Below are positions 14,055 through 29,326 of a DNA stretch of 64,000 nucleotides, in pieces (position 1 is the stretch's first letter; each line of letters opens with the position of its first letter). The DNA lies in the NCBI GenBank assembly GCA_012295275.1, contig CM022670.1, positions 18,538,001 to 18,602,000 on the forward strand. Direction: 5' to 3'. A model generated the notes under the pieces. That model did not search any database and was not told the DNA's origin. It saw only the letters and a program-made list of their open reading frames with translations. Origin of the DNA: Chrysomallon squamiferum (lineage: Eukaryota > Animalia > Mollusca). The translations under genes and the position numbers were made by a program.

Positions 14055-15548
14055 AAAAATAAGAAGCTGACAAAAATAAATATGCCATAACACAGAAGAA
14101 AAATCCCAGATGTTATAATGGAAATTGAAATTTGAAAGTACAACCAATTTTCACTGATAGCAGAAAACCAAAGGTCGTGAAATGTATCTTTTGCCTCGTT
14201 GATGACTGCAGTCTCTGAAAGACGGTGTTGGTTTCAGAAACATACGGGATCTCGTCCCGCTAGTGACATTCCTGTTATTGCTAGTGAAAGGTGTGTGTGA
14301 AACCAAACTGAATACGAGACGAAATGTTTGAAAGAACGTCATGTTTTTAACAAGATTTTTGTAATTGTCGATGGAAGTGTTTTTCTTGGGTTTTTTTCTG
14401 AATTGATACTTAAAAGAGGTATTTCTGTGTGCATTTTTTGTGATGATGGGTGGTACATGTATTCGTGTATAATGTACATGGGGGAAGATTTAGTTTGACA
14501 AATGACATTTTCAATTAGCGTTTTTCTTGCTTTTAATTAAAGGTTTACATTTTCAGGTATCCCTTTTCCTTCTTTCTTTCGTTCTTTTTACGCATCTTCT
14601 TCCTCGGTTTTTCCCTTTCTCTTTCTTTATTTGATTCCAAATTACTAGCCTGTGGTAAATATATATATATATATATAAAACAGAATTTAATATTTCATTT
14701 TAAAGCTAAAAGTTGTTACGTTTAGTTTATTAGCCGTGGGAATAAAACTGACAAATAAATAAATAGATAAATAAACAAATAAACAAAGAAATAAACAATG
14801 AAACAAACAAACAAACAAACAAGAAAACAAAATAAACAAACAAACAAACAAACAAATAAATAAATAAGAAAAGAAAATGATCGATTCATTCATACATGTA
14901 CATATATGCGGGTGTTTAAATTTGATCCATCTATGCATATACGAGTATGTATGTGTGTGTGTGTTTTAGAATAATGGTATTTACTGATGTGTTTGTATAT
15001 ATATATATATATATATATACACATCATACACGTAAAGAAAATATTTATGTATTTTAAAAATATATACTTATAAAGTTCTGTGAACTTCTGATTGCCGGGT
15101 AAACTGAATTAATTTTACTCATATAATGTAAAATACTTAAAAAATAAAATAGAGTCAAATAAAATAAAAAAAAATTAAAAAAAATAAAAAAAAAAAAAAA
15201 ATAAAATAAAAATATATAAAATAAAATAAAATAAAATAATAATAACAAAAAAAAAAAAATAATAATAAAAAAAGCAAAAGAAAAATTATTTAAAATAAAA
15301 TTGAAATAAGAATTATAAATAAATAAACAAAAAATAATCAAATAAATAAATAAATAAGCAACAATTACAGTAACAATAACGACATTAATAATAATAATAT
15401 TAACAATAATAGGAGTAATATATATTCTGTTTAAATAACAAATTAATTAAATAACTCTTGTATAAAAATACTTTTAAAATGATTTGTAAATGATCTACAT
15501 ATGGTCTGCTTTATAAATAATTTAATTTGTATAATCTGTGAAATTACT

Positions 15549-15712
15549 GGGTGTAGGAAATAATGGAACTGGAAAAAATGGCACCGGAAAAAAAAAGGCA
15601 CCATGAAAACATGGCACCCGGAAAAAATGCATAGTGACATTTCTCCAAGGTGCCATTCTTTCGAGGTGCCTTTTTCCGGTGCCATTTTTCCGGGCCATTT
15701 TTTCCGTACCCC
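15549..15712. mobile_element. Foldback/MITE-like non-autonomous DNA element
   Basis: The whole ~165 bp is an imperfect palindrome. The left arm repeats ggaaaaaatggcacc and the right arm repeats ggtgccattttt(t)cc; ends are gggtgtagg.../...ccgtacccc. Confidence 0.75.
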
Positions 15713-15967
15713 AAATTTATTATACAGTTATTTCATTATTATTGTTATTATCATCATCATCATCATCATCATCATTATCATTATATTATTATTATTATTA
15801 TTAATATTACTATTAACAACTCGTCATGTCATAATAAAGTTGCAAAGCTGCAAATCAGTATTTTCGCATTATAATCATAAATTTTAACAATAAATTTTAA
15901 CTTCTAAAGAATATCTTCACATGATAATAATATAAATATTTTTATATTATTTTAAAAAAAAAAAAAA

Positions 15968-16111
15968 ACCTTCAAAATTTCAAAGACATAATTCTAATAC
16001 AAAATAAAAATATTAAAAACTTCAAAGATATATTTCTAATACAAAATAAAATTTTAAAAAACTTCAAAGGTGTATTTTTATGTCATACTAAACTTTTGAA
16101 AACTTCAAAGG
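15968..16111. repeat. Degenerate ~42-bp tandem repeat
   Basis: Recurring (c)ttcaaag...ttctaatacaaaataaaa..ttaaaaa units. Confidence 0.7.
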
Positions 16112-16898
16112 AGCTATTACGTGTTTGGGAAGAAACACGATGCGTGTATACAGCTCTTCAATACATCACTGCAATTTGCCTCCCTATCTTATCTGATGAC
16201 CGGCCATTAAAGAACGATGATTGTTTTAATGAAGTCTACGGTGCGCGTCCCACGGGCCGGTCTCTCTTTAACCGTGTTATGGCTTCCGTTGTCTGTGATC
16301 CCTTCTACGGTATCACCACCTATCTCTGCTGCAGATTAGCTCCCTTCTCACAAATGGAAAGAAATTGGAGTGTGAAAGCTTTCTGACATAACACCAATTA
16401 CCGATTTTCTGATCTCGGCTCGGGCAAACGTACTTAATCTAAATAATGTTCAATTAGCCCGCGCTTGCAGTCCATGTTATCCCGATTCCGCCAGAGGGCG
16501 TTATGGTCCACTTGAAACAAGCTTCGATTGTCATGTTTGGCACTGGCAGATAGAGCGAGATTTATACCAGCTTCATGTTTAGATAAAAATAAATCATTCT
16601 TAATCATTTAAAAGCAATGTGTAGATTTTACCTGTTGGTAAAATCGTCTTTGAAATCTGGGTCTGAGTATTCTCAGTAGTCTGTCTTAATAGTTCTCTCG
16701 GTCATCAGAGACATCTGGCTACATCATGCCATTGATTTTTATAAACCAGTGGTTGGTTCCTTGATGCATAATGAGAACATCGTTATTAACATAATTATCA
16801 TCATTATTATCATTATCCCCCTCCTCCTCCTCAATATCACCATTATCTTAATCACAGTTACCTTGGCTACGGTCATCAACTGATCTTTTGGAGCATAT

Positions 16899-16937
<39 letters not shown>

Positions 16938-18087
16938 TCAGCTGATGACTACGGTTATAATCAAAACAAAAATAAACAAGAAAGCAGCAAAAAGAACAAT
17001 AACAACAACAACAACCGTAGCAGCAGTAATTCTCTTATTAACGAAGTAGTAGTAGTTATATTATAGATAATGCAAGTAGTTCCTATGAAGTAGAAATATA
17101 TATCCAGTGTTATATCAGTTTATTTATTTAATATTTTGATAGCGGAAGGCATACACTGAATATTTTGTTTACACAGAAGCAAGTTCATTACACGTTTATA
17201 AAGAACCCTCCTACTCTATACTGGAGTAAGAAGTGTCATCTTCTCAGACTGTTGAATAAACCAAGTGACAAGTTGATGAAGCTTTAGTCTAAGAGACAGA
17301 CTCGGAAATGAGCTAACACAATGACGTTCATGGGTGGGCTACTAACTGCTTCTATAGATCCCCTCTTGATCCACCCTCGAGGATTATTTCTGTTGTCTGC
17401 AGAGAAACGAGAATAAAGCCCGTGTAAGGCTTATCAATTATACACTGCATGATTTGCTATTGTTATGCTGTAATAAGGCAGCCGATATGGCAAAAGCACA
17501 GACAACATGGCGGAACGCAGACGATAATCGCACGTCATTCATGCATCACAATTATTGACATAAATATTTTAATATAACATTTTTTTTTTTTTTTTCTTTT
17601 GAAACAGATTATTGTACATTTTGGGTGAATGTCACGCCTGAATTTCTTATCATGTAAGTCGTGAATTAATAATGAAATGCAACACGGTTATAAATTCAAA
17701 TTAGGATACAATTTTATATCATTTTAAAGTTCTGGTCGCTTCAAGGAATGTGTATTTCTATTGAATTCTGTAAAAGGAAGACTTCTAATTCATATATCTA
17801 TGTCTGTTTTGTAAGAGAATCTTTTAAAACGTACCAAATAAAGTTTATTTTTAAAAATCAAATATTTCTAACACAGCGAATAAGTCAATGTTTTTGGGGT
17901 GTTTTTTTTTTTTTTTAAAGTCTTTAAATAAAAATGAATTTATTATAACGAAGATAGCATTTATACCGTGCTTCATTAATGATAAAAAATGATAAAAAAT
18001 TAAATAAATTGTTTAATGCGAATTATGAAAGGCCATAATCAGTTATAATTATTTAGTTTATATATATATATATAACCATGAAGGAGA

Positions 18088-18138
<51 letters not shown>

Positions 18139-18313
18139 TTTAAAAACTGTATATATTGTATATATTCTGTTTAAATAATAAATTAATTTATACAAAAAGC
18201 AAACCATACATTTTTGATGCGACTTAAATGATCCTCTTATTGTTTGCTTTACAAATAATTTAATTCATTACATTTTCAGTTCTTCTTCTTATTATTATTT
18301 TTTGTTTTTGTTG

Positions 18314-18363
<50 letters not shown>

Positions 18364-19450
18364 AAAATAATAATAAGAAGAGAAATAATAAGAAAGAGAA
18401 AAAAAGCAGATATTAAGACACAAGCCAGACCTTTACTGAGGCCACAAAATAACTGAGATAATGTAAAAAGTAAAAATAAAGAAAGAGAAGACAATTTGTC
18501 TCGAAACTTCTTCAGTCCATAACTGTCAGAGTGAATTGAAGAAAACACTTTTCAAATGTCTAGTGTCTAACCAGCTCAGCGAATCCTCAAACAATTGTAT
18601 AAGGATAATTAAATTTAGAGAAATGAATATCCAAATACGGCGGTCGCACTGAGGCGGGTGTTCCCCTAGGAATGTTTATTAACTTAGTCGGAGAAGACTG
18701 CTGGACAGACCGCGGCAGCGTTTCGTCGCTTTAATTCGATCATTTCTCCATTAGTGTGATAGCCGATGCTTTTCTTGCTGTAGAATTATGGAAATTTATG
18801 TAATGGAAAAAAAAAAAAAAGTCGATGGCAAGTGAGCATTGACACGACCCGAGGGAAATATTCTGTGATTTTGAAGTGGGGAAGCTCAGCCTTGTGTAAA
18901 GCGTCAAGCATTTTGTATTAAGTATTTCAGTTTGTTAAAAATTGTTTTGTTTTTTTTGTTTTGTTTTTTTATAAGTTTGGTTTGGATAAACAAATGTTAC
19001 TAAATATTTCATTAAGGTTGATTCTTTTATTATTGTTTCAGAAAGACACATTTTTAGTTTTGCAAATCGTTATCTGTTAATATAGAAAAATGTACAAACA
19101 CTTATTGACCAATCAAATTACGTACTAATAAATTTATTTTAAAAATCGTGAAAATAATATTTTGGCAAGTTTTCTCAATGTTACTTAAAATATGTGATTC
19201 TCAAAGTGAAAATGAAAGATATTTATTTTTACTTCATTTTCAGTTTTATATATTTATTTATATATAATTCGTTAATATAATGAATTAAAATAATGGCAAA
19301 GTAATAATTAAATAAATATATACTATAAATATATGAGTAAATATATAAATAAATACACAAATAAATACAAGGAAAACAATAATACATAAATGATTAATGG
19401 ATGAATATATATATATATATATATATAGATATATATGTATACATACATAT

Positions 19451-19533
<83 letters not shown>

Positions 19534-21404
19534 TTCTGAGAAAATAACTGCATTGGAAATATAAAATAATATAGCGACATTGGTGAGTTATAAATATTAA
19601 ATATATTATTTTCAAAACATTTTTAGAAATATTAAAAACTAACCGTCTCATTAAATGGCATTAATACTTAAATAAATAAGTAAAATGAACTGATAGCTAT
19701 TTATGAAGATAAATAATAGCAAATAACAAATATAATTAAATTTTATGTGTAAAAAAAAAAAAATTAATAGAAATAATAAAATAATAAATTAAGTGATTAA
19801 AAGAATAAATGAGTAAATAAATAAACAAACAAACAAATAAATAAATAAACAAACATAAATAAAGAATATCCGCTTTTTGTATATTTTACCCATTAAGTAA
19901 AAAACTGAATGTTTTTTTTTTTTTTTTTTTAAATAATATTGTTTAATTTCAAATGACATTACAAAAACTAACTAATAAGTAACATTGATATCTATTCACG
20001 GTTTAAAGCAAGTCTGTAACGAAGACAATATCTGAGAAAACTGAGCTGTCTGTCCATGCATTCATTAACATATTAAAACATCATTCAGACAAAGAATGTA
20101 GTGACTTTGATCGTGAACTCATATTCCATTACTGGATGTGATCCGAGAACCTGCTAGACTTCATTACGATTGTTTTTTAACCACACGTCATGGTGACTGA
20201 TGAACTGCGCTTTGTATTAGACAGCAGACATCTTGTTCAATAGTTGTGTCTACCTGTATCCGATTAATCCGGGATTAAGTCCGTAAGCGGAACGCACGGC
20301 CAAGTGGTTGATCTGAAAATGCATACCCGTGATCTGTCTTGTTAATCAGTAATGGCGGGAGAAGATGCAAGTTAGGACCAGTCAATAGTGCGAGGTTGGT
20401 GGGTGGCTTCAGTGTGTGTAAAAACAAACTGAAGTTTTGTTGGTTTTGAAAATTACAGGAAATTACGTTAAAAAGTTTTCTGAAATTCGTCTGGTATGAA
20501 TATGAATGAATGAATGAACGAACGAACGAACGAATGAATGAATGAATGAACAAAAATCAAATAAATGGTAAATAAGTATCACTAAATAATAACATCAGCA
20601 TAAATTATTGCAATAACAACGACGACAGTGACGGAAACAACAACTATAGCAACGCAATAAATAAAGAAATAAAACAGAAATAAAACTGAAATTTAAAATT
20701 AATTTCCTTAATTTTGTAGAAAAAAAAAAAAAAATCATAAAAGAAAGAGGTTATAAACAATTTTCAAATTAATCTCGAGGCAATCCTAAATAACACTGAT
20801 TTAAAAATAAAAATAAAATAATTTCTAAAATTAAAAAAAAAAATTAAAATTAAAAATTAAAAAAAGAAGCGTATCTGATGCAATCTCAATAAAGAATTAC
20901 CTCTAGCGGTTTTATTAATAAATAAATCTAAAAAATACTTGAATTTTTTTTTCTTTAATGTAATCTGTTCGTAACTGTAATTCCGCCCCGGCTCCGCGCG
21001 TGATTCCGCCTCTGACGTACATTGACCGATCGGCCTGTTGAACCAATAAGCCAGTGATCAATCTTGGCACGAGCTTTGAGTTTTGAAATAACTTATAAAA
21101 CTTCATTATGTAAGCAGCGTCAGTCCGGTTACAAATAATTACCCGCGCGTACCTGTGTTAGTCAGCGGACATGTCATAATGTTCTACTACCATACGTCTA
21201 AATAAAACTATGACCACGCGCTGAATTGATTATGACATAATGAAAATCTGTATATGTATATTTAGGTTGGGTAATTGAGAGGTTGGAATGACGGAATAAC
21301 GGGTGGACGGAGTGAGTGACATTATTAATAAATGATTTGATTTAAAAGTTGTAATGAAACAGACGAATTGATAAGCAAGTAAAATTGACAGAGGAAATTA
21401 AAGC

Positions 21405-21450
<46 letters not shown>

Positions 21451-24400
21451 TATGCGAGAAATATTTGAATACAATTTAAAGAAAGGAGTAGGAAAACCAA
21501 AAAATACAGACATTTACTTTTTTTTTTTTTTTTTTTTTGATGTTAGTATACTAAAACAGAAACATTATTTCAGCTACACACGAAAATTGATATATTTTAT
21601 ATTACATTAAAGCCTGATGTGTGTATGTATGTATATATGAATGAATATATACATGCACGTAAATTACATCTGTTTACGTGTGCATGTATGTGTGCACTGT
21701 GTTTATGCATTTATGTTTATTTTGTTAGTAATTTAATTTTTCCAAAAAAAACAAAATAAAAATACAACATTCTTAAACAGTGACTAAATCAAAATGTGCC
21801 TCACGAAATCCTAACCTCACTCAAGCCGTCGAGACTAATAAAAAGAATAATGTGCATAAACGTTTAAAGTGGAATTAAATCAGCTATTTATCGGCATTTT
21901 GTTAATCTACCGTAGGGTACTGGATACCCGCAATTAAATCTCAGCTTGTCGTCATGCCAAACGTTGCGTTTATCACAGTTGTCTTCCCTAGGCTAATATC
22001 GAACAGGTGGAATGGCGATGTAGATTTATAGAAAAAACTATTTCGTTAATTTGTCATATATTACCAAGATTAAATTTGAATGCGGTAGCTTGCTGCACTG
22101 GCATTATGTAAAAAAATAACAAAAAAAAATAAAAATAACAAAATAAAAAAAAAATAATAATAATAAAAAAAAAAAAAAAGAGAAAATAAAAGAAAGAAAG
22201 ATTTAAGAAAATAAAGAAGAGCTCGAGTAAAGGCAGAAAAAGATTTAAAAAAAAAGTCAGACTAGATGTTATTTTACGAATACATACTTAAACATTATAA
22301 ATAAATAAAGATCAATGTCTATGTTTGTATGTTTGTATGTATGTATGTATGTATGTCTATGATGTACGTATATATATGTTTGTTACGTATGTAGGTTTGT
22401 GTATATATATATATATATATGTGTGTGTGCGTATTTATGTATGTATGTAGCTATTTATGTATGTATTTATGAATATACGTATATGTATATGTGCGTATTG
22501 TATATTTGAAAGAAAAAAAATTATCTTTTTCTGTATACGGATGTCTCTGTGCGTGACCTGACTTTCTTAAATAAATAAATTTAAAAAAAAAAAAAAAAAA
22601 AATTTAAAAAAAATGGAAAGAAAAACTAAGCTAAATCCTTCCATGTCTACTTTTCTTTAAAAAATGATCCCATTACTTTATACTTCATGCATCTTAGACA
22701 GGATGACATGACACAATGACAGACAGACGGATGGAATTTTGATCTCTTTTGAAAACGTACACAGAAAACAATTGTTTTAATTGTTTGGGTTTTTTTTTTC
22801 AAGTGCTGGTTACTTCGTGACAAAATGAATTATAGTCATGTCAGTAAAAACCGCTTGGCCGGTGGTCATCTGTCGGACAAAGGCTATTTCTTGGAATGTA
22901 CAAATTAATTACTGTCGAGATATGTTAGCCAGGAGTTGAAATAGGGAAACAGTAAATAAAATAAAACAGAATAAACATTTAATTAAAATAAATAGTTAGT
23001 AGAACGACATTACAAATATCACACCCTCCTAAAATAAAAATAAAAATAAAAAAATATATTAAATTTCAGGACGATCAAAGAAAATACAACTAAATAACTA
23101 AACGAATTTCATGCTTAAACAAAAGCTGATTATCCACCAATCATGTTCTTTTTATAATTTTCTGCTGGATTGAATCGCGATAACAAAATGGCTGACGAAA
23201 CCTCTTGAGATTCGTTTTGATCAACAAAAATAATCCGTTTTCCACATTTCACTACTCTGTCAGCGAAGCTTGAAATTGTGGTAAAAATGATGATGCTTTG
23301 AATCTGTGACATATGCGGATCCAGGGTTGCAGGCACAGAGTTGATGAAGATATGGTTGTGAGTCTTATTAAGAAAACTACTACTAATAAAAATAACAAAA
23401 ATAATAAAACCATTATGATGATGATGATGGTTACATGACAGATATAACAACTGTTATATGAGGCGAAATAGTTATTATTAATACTACTACAACTACCATC
23501 GCCACCACTAATACTGTTACTATCTTCTACCTATTACCACTACAGCTGCTGTTGCTGTCGGAAAATTGTTTTATAAAAATTATTTTCATTCTGTGATAAA
23601 TTAATAATATTTTCTATCTGATTATTATTATTATTATTGGTAGTAGTAGGTGTAGTAGTAGTATCTCTTATTTTTATTTATCTATTTTATTTATTTTATA
23701 CTCTTTTTGACAATTTTTTATATATTTTTGTATAATATTTATTACTGGAAAAATCTTAAAGAAGAAAAAAAAAATGTCCTGCTTAATAGAATGCTAATAT
23801 ATTAATTTGCTTATCTCCTGTCGTCTATCAACAGTTGAAAGCAGACGTGCTTTTCAAGGTCAGATAGAACGTGACACTAAATGGCAGACATTTCATAATT
23901 ATTTTTATCGCGCTCACATCATTCGACGCCTTAAAAAATATATGTTTTGTTAATTAGTTTATTAAGAAAAATACACACTTGTTCACCCAAAACAAACAGA
24001 AATCGCAAAGAAAACAAACACTAAGAAAAAAAAAAATACAAAACTAGAATAAAAATAGAACAAATATACAAAAATAAATAAATTAATTAATATTAAATAA
24101 ATGATAGGTAATGAAATAAAAATAAAAAATAAAATAAAGAATGATAGAATTAAACCATAAAAACAATGTAATTATTATTTAAAAATATTTTTTTGTTTAT
24201 TTATTAATATTATTTTTAATTTTGTTTAAGTAATAAATATTAAGATTAAATTAAATTACAAACATTTTAGAAATAAATCGTATTGCAAGAAGAAAAAAGT
24301 AATTAATATTTTGGAAAATCTGTATTTAAATCAGAAATATAGTCTTTTTCATAATATCCTCTTGTTACTTAATTTATTTTCAAACCTCTGCACGCTTTTT

Positions 24401-25715
24401 GTGAACTACTTAATAATAATAATTACAATAACAAATAACATAAAAATAAAAACAACACGAATAATAATAATAACAACAATATATTAATAAAAAGAAAAAT
24501 GTTCAAAAACAAAAGAGCAAGCAACAGTGTTTGAAAACACTAATCATAACTCACTGTTTGAGTCTGCAGTGTATCTACAGATGTTATATATTTAAATAAT
24601 TAACACAGAGAGCGAATCATTTATAAGCACATAATAATGGTACAATCATAATTAAAAAATAAATAAATAAATCCTAATAATTACAAATTAAGTTAAATCT
24701 ATAATAAAAACAACAGCAACAACAACAACAACAACAGCAATGACAATAACAATGACAACAAAAGCAACAATAGTAATAGTAGGAGTTGTGTAAGAATAGC
24801 AGCATTAGTAACTGTATTAGTGGTAATAATCATATTAAAACGGTGATGTTCCCTAATTATTTCTGTTCAGTATACTCGACGACGCCAATTGTGAAACAGA
24901 GCATGACGGGAAGACGAAATTCTGATTTATTGCTTGTCTGGCTCTGTCACCTAAATTCCTGTCATTATTCGTCTTTGATCAATTGCTCTCTACATGCATC
25001 ATCAAACGTAAACAATTTTTTTTTCTTCGTTTAATATGACAGTTATTTTTTAATGCAATAATTAATGATTAAATCCCCATGGCAAATAATTATTAATATT
25101 AATTATTATGAATCACCTTTTGGCCGTTCTGACTTCTGGACTTGGATGAACTGAACTCGGAATGCGGCAGACTGCAAAAAAAAAAAAAAAAAAAAAAAAA
25201 GAAAGAAAGAAAGAAAGAAAAAAGAAAAAGAAAAAGAAAAAGTACAAATTATTTTATATTATTAAAATAAATAAAAAAAAATAACGCCGTTTGATGATAA
25301 TAATAATAACAATAAAAATAGTAGTAGTACAACAACTACCATTACTGTTATGATAATAACTGAGAAACTATTGAAAAAAATATATATATTTATTTAAAGT
25401 GCACTAACAAATATTTATTACTGTTACAACTACTATAAATCTGGGCTGGATGGTAACTCAGCAGGATAATTATATCTTAAGACAGTTGTTTCTTTTTTTT
25501 CTGCTGTCTTAAATAATACAAAAACTAAATTGAATTTTATTTTCAGCTTACGGCTCTCGAGAGCAGTAGATTGATGCTTACTGATTTCAATGTCGCCTAA
25601 AAAACTATTTATTTATTATCTTTTAAATGAAAGTCGTTTTCACAATGGTCTTTCAAGATCTAAACCAACTATTAAATTAAACACTAAGGAAATAACTTTG
25701 AACAATATAATTATA

Positions 25716-25719
<4 letters not shown>

Positions 25720-25806
<87 letters not shown>
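25720..25806. repeat. (GA)n microsatellite
   Basis: Perfect tract. Confidence 0.97.
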
Positions 25807-25810
<4 letters not shown>

Positions 25811-26233
25811 TGTGGTTTTAAACATTGTTTTTATTATTTTGAATAGAACAAATATGCACCAGTCCTGCCTGAGTAATACAATATACTATTCTCTATACTT
25901 AAATAAATAAATAAATACCGCAGTATAAAATGCTTTAATTGTTTTTCACATAATACACTGGGAACTATAATTTTATCTTTAAAGTTAACAATTCTTCTTC
26001 ATACGTTAACAGCCTGATTGCTGAATAAATAAGGCGGGGAGGTGCACGTGTTTGGGGACTGCGGCCAGCAGTCATTCGATTAATAAAAGAGCAAAACTTC
26101 ACTAATCAATTTCAACGTTGGCTAATTTAATAAAAACTGGTTTTATCAGTAAAATAAAACACTCATTTTAAAGTACTGTAACAAATTTTCACGCGTTAAA
26201 TGAGAACAAATTGTTTTAATAGTTTGTGTGCAC

Positions 26234-26289
<56 letters not shown>

Positions 26290-29200
26290 AACACACACAC
26301 ATTTGGAATTTTATTTTATTTATAATATCAATGTGACAACGAATTCATGTAAGGTTTACTCAATGCCTCTCCATGGTACTTCTCAAAGTATTATTATTTT
26401 CTCATATTTATTTATTTAGTTTTAGTTAGTTAGTAAATTAATTACTGCTATTATTTATTGATATTTTGTCTTAATTTATTTTATTACTTTTCTGTTATTT
26501 AATTTTATAATTGTGAATTTTATTTCATTTATTATCTTGCTGGTAAATTTGTTTTTATATTATAGTTATTTTATTTTATTTTATATTTATTTTATTTATT
26601 GTTTAATTTATATTTCATATTCATTTTGTTTTTAATTAAGCAGTTTTAATTTCCATAAACATAAACGAAAATGCCATACACTGGCCGTAATTACATTGAG
26701 GAAAATAGGCAAATGCCTCATACTGAAACTGACGATTTTTTAATTGTCGTTTGTTTGTTTTTTTTATTACAAAGATTTTATTTAAAAAAATATAAAATAT
26801 AAATCTCTATTCTGTATTTAGATCGACTGTTACCGTTTCAAGTCTACCGACTTAGACGGTCCCTTGACCCCTCGACCAAATCTTTTAAAAGAGTTTTTGC
26901 CCGATTTGGAAAAGAGTCTGGTTACGGCCATGGTTAAGCGGTACTTCTTATCAAAAGAGATTAGAAATGAAATACTGCTAGTATTTAAATGGCCAAACCA
27001 AATTATTTTTATTGGTTATAATGTCGCTGTTCGGCAACGGCGGTTTCCACAAATCATCATTTAGGTTTCTAATGTAGAGTTAATTAACTGCAACCAGAGG
27101 GTCAGTGCAACGCGCGAGGATGTACAGTGGCTTCTCTTATCGCGCATGCGTCACGCCTGCGTTTGAAGCAGACAGAATAATCTTTCAAAATGGCGTTATT
27201 GGAATACATGGACAGTCGTTCATTAGATAACTGTTATTTCTTGCTAGCATAGCTTTCAAGAATTGCTCTCACGGATCCTGTGAGGGGAGCTGGGTGAAGA
27301 CAAATGATGATGGATCAAAGAGATATATTACATTTATTTATGGAAACTGCTAAGCTTTGATTAACCAAAGCAAACGACAAACTACAATAATTCAGGGAAT
27401 AGCTGCTTCTGCTGATAGTAATGGCTGAAGTAGCTTGAACGTAACAAGGAAAAATTCCAGTGCGGTCCTGGATAATTCTGAACAGACTTTTAACAGATGT
27501 ATTTACGGAGTGACCAGAAAGAAAAAAGTAAATGTAAGCTATAAAATCTATCAGTGAAAATTTTATTTCTTTTCTGCATATGAATTATCATTAATTTTAA
27601 TGTGTTATAAATACAAACATTTGACGAATAAAAAGAAATGCAAAAAAACAAAAAAAACCCCACAAAAACCCCACAAAAAAACACACCACACCCCAACAAT
27701 AACAAAATAAATAAATAAATAAATTTAAAACAAAACAAAAAAACAAAAAAAAACATTTTACAAAGTTTCGCGTCAAAAACAATAGCAGTAAATTTAAAAA
27801 TCGATGGAGCTGAGTACACTCAAAACATTAGGTCCATGTTAGTGAAACTTTTTACATAAATACATAAATAAATCATTTAAATCTGTATTATTATTTTTTA
27901 TTATTATTACTTAAATTAGAAGCTATTAACATACTTGATTTACTGGAATTAACATTCATCACTTTTAGCTTGTGAAATTTATGTAGTTAATTTTTAAATA
28001 AATGGACTTTTGGCAAATTGAAACGTGCCACTGTTAGAAAACTTAAATGTGTTATCATCTTTCACAGTCAGTTTCAACAAAGCAAGAAGACTATTAACAT
28101 GACAGGCGTGCCTCAACATTTTACTGATGGGAGAGCACGCTCAAAAAGGCATACCTTTTAAATGCAGTAATTCTTTCAAGATTAGAATGACACTGACAAT
28201 TATTCAGAAGAATCGTGCACGACTGTCCAGACAAACAGAATAAAGTCACGCTTAGATTTAACAAAGTACACCATAAATTTAAATGGCTTGAAATGTAATG
28301 GATTTAGGGACGTTAACAATTACAGTGCATTCCCGCCTACAGTACATGAATAAGAGTACCTCTACATAACGAATGAAAACTGACAGTATTTTAATACATT
28401 TTGTAAGAACCGTCATCACAAGTCTAATATATTCATTTTGTTTAATGATGAAAAGACCAGCAGCATCCATTATATCGACATATAGTTAAGAGTCTTTTAA
28501 ATAAAAAAGGTTCCGGCACTAACTAAACAACTGTAAAGAACGTACAGAACGTACTTAGAAGGATCGATCTTGACACCTGTGGAATTCTTGCCACATCACT
28601 CGGGATTTACCGGGATTAACATTTATCTTGACACGTTATTCGTTTGGGACATTTAAATAGTTAAATTCTGCAAAGTAGGGCGAAAAACGTTTATTATTAA
28701 ACACTGGAAGTGTTGAAATCTATTGTTATTGCATTGAATTATAGTAGGTTTCACTGTATCTGTTACATTAAAACTGTAAAGTAATTTTAAAGAGATTTTA
28801 TAAGAAAAAAATGCCATGTTCAAAACTCTGAATAGCAAGCTTGACAAAACAAAACAGTGTTTTTTTTTTTTGTTAATAATTTTATTTTAATGAGATATAT
28901 TTTCAAAAATTAACAAATATGGAAACACGGACCATATAAAAAAATAAATACATAAAATAATGAAAGAAACACATGCATAAAAACAAATATACAAAAGACA
29001 GACAAATGATGAAAGAAAGAACAGACAATATTATGACGAGAAATAAAACAACACTGATACAATATACAGATTTATGTTAAACACTTTTTTGTTTGTTTCA
29101 TTACTTTGAATACAGTGACAACAAACATTTATGTTCATAATTTTATTTTAGCGAGATATATTTTCAAACATTAACAAATATTGATACACACATATAAACG

Positions 29201-29292
29201 TACATACATACATACATGCATACAAACAAATATACAAACATACATACAGACAGATAGACAGACAGACAGACATACGGACATACATACATACA

Positions 29293-29326
<34 letters not shown>

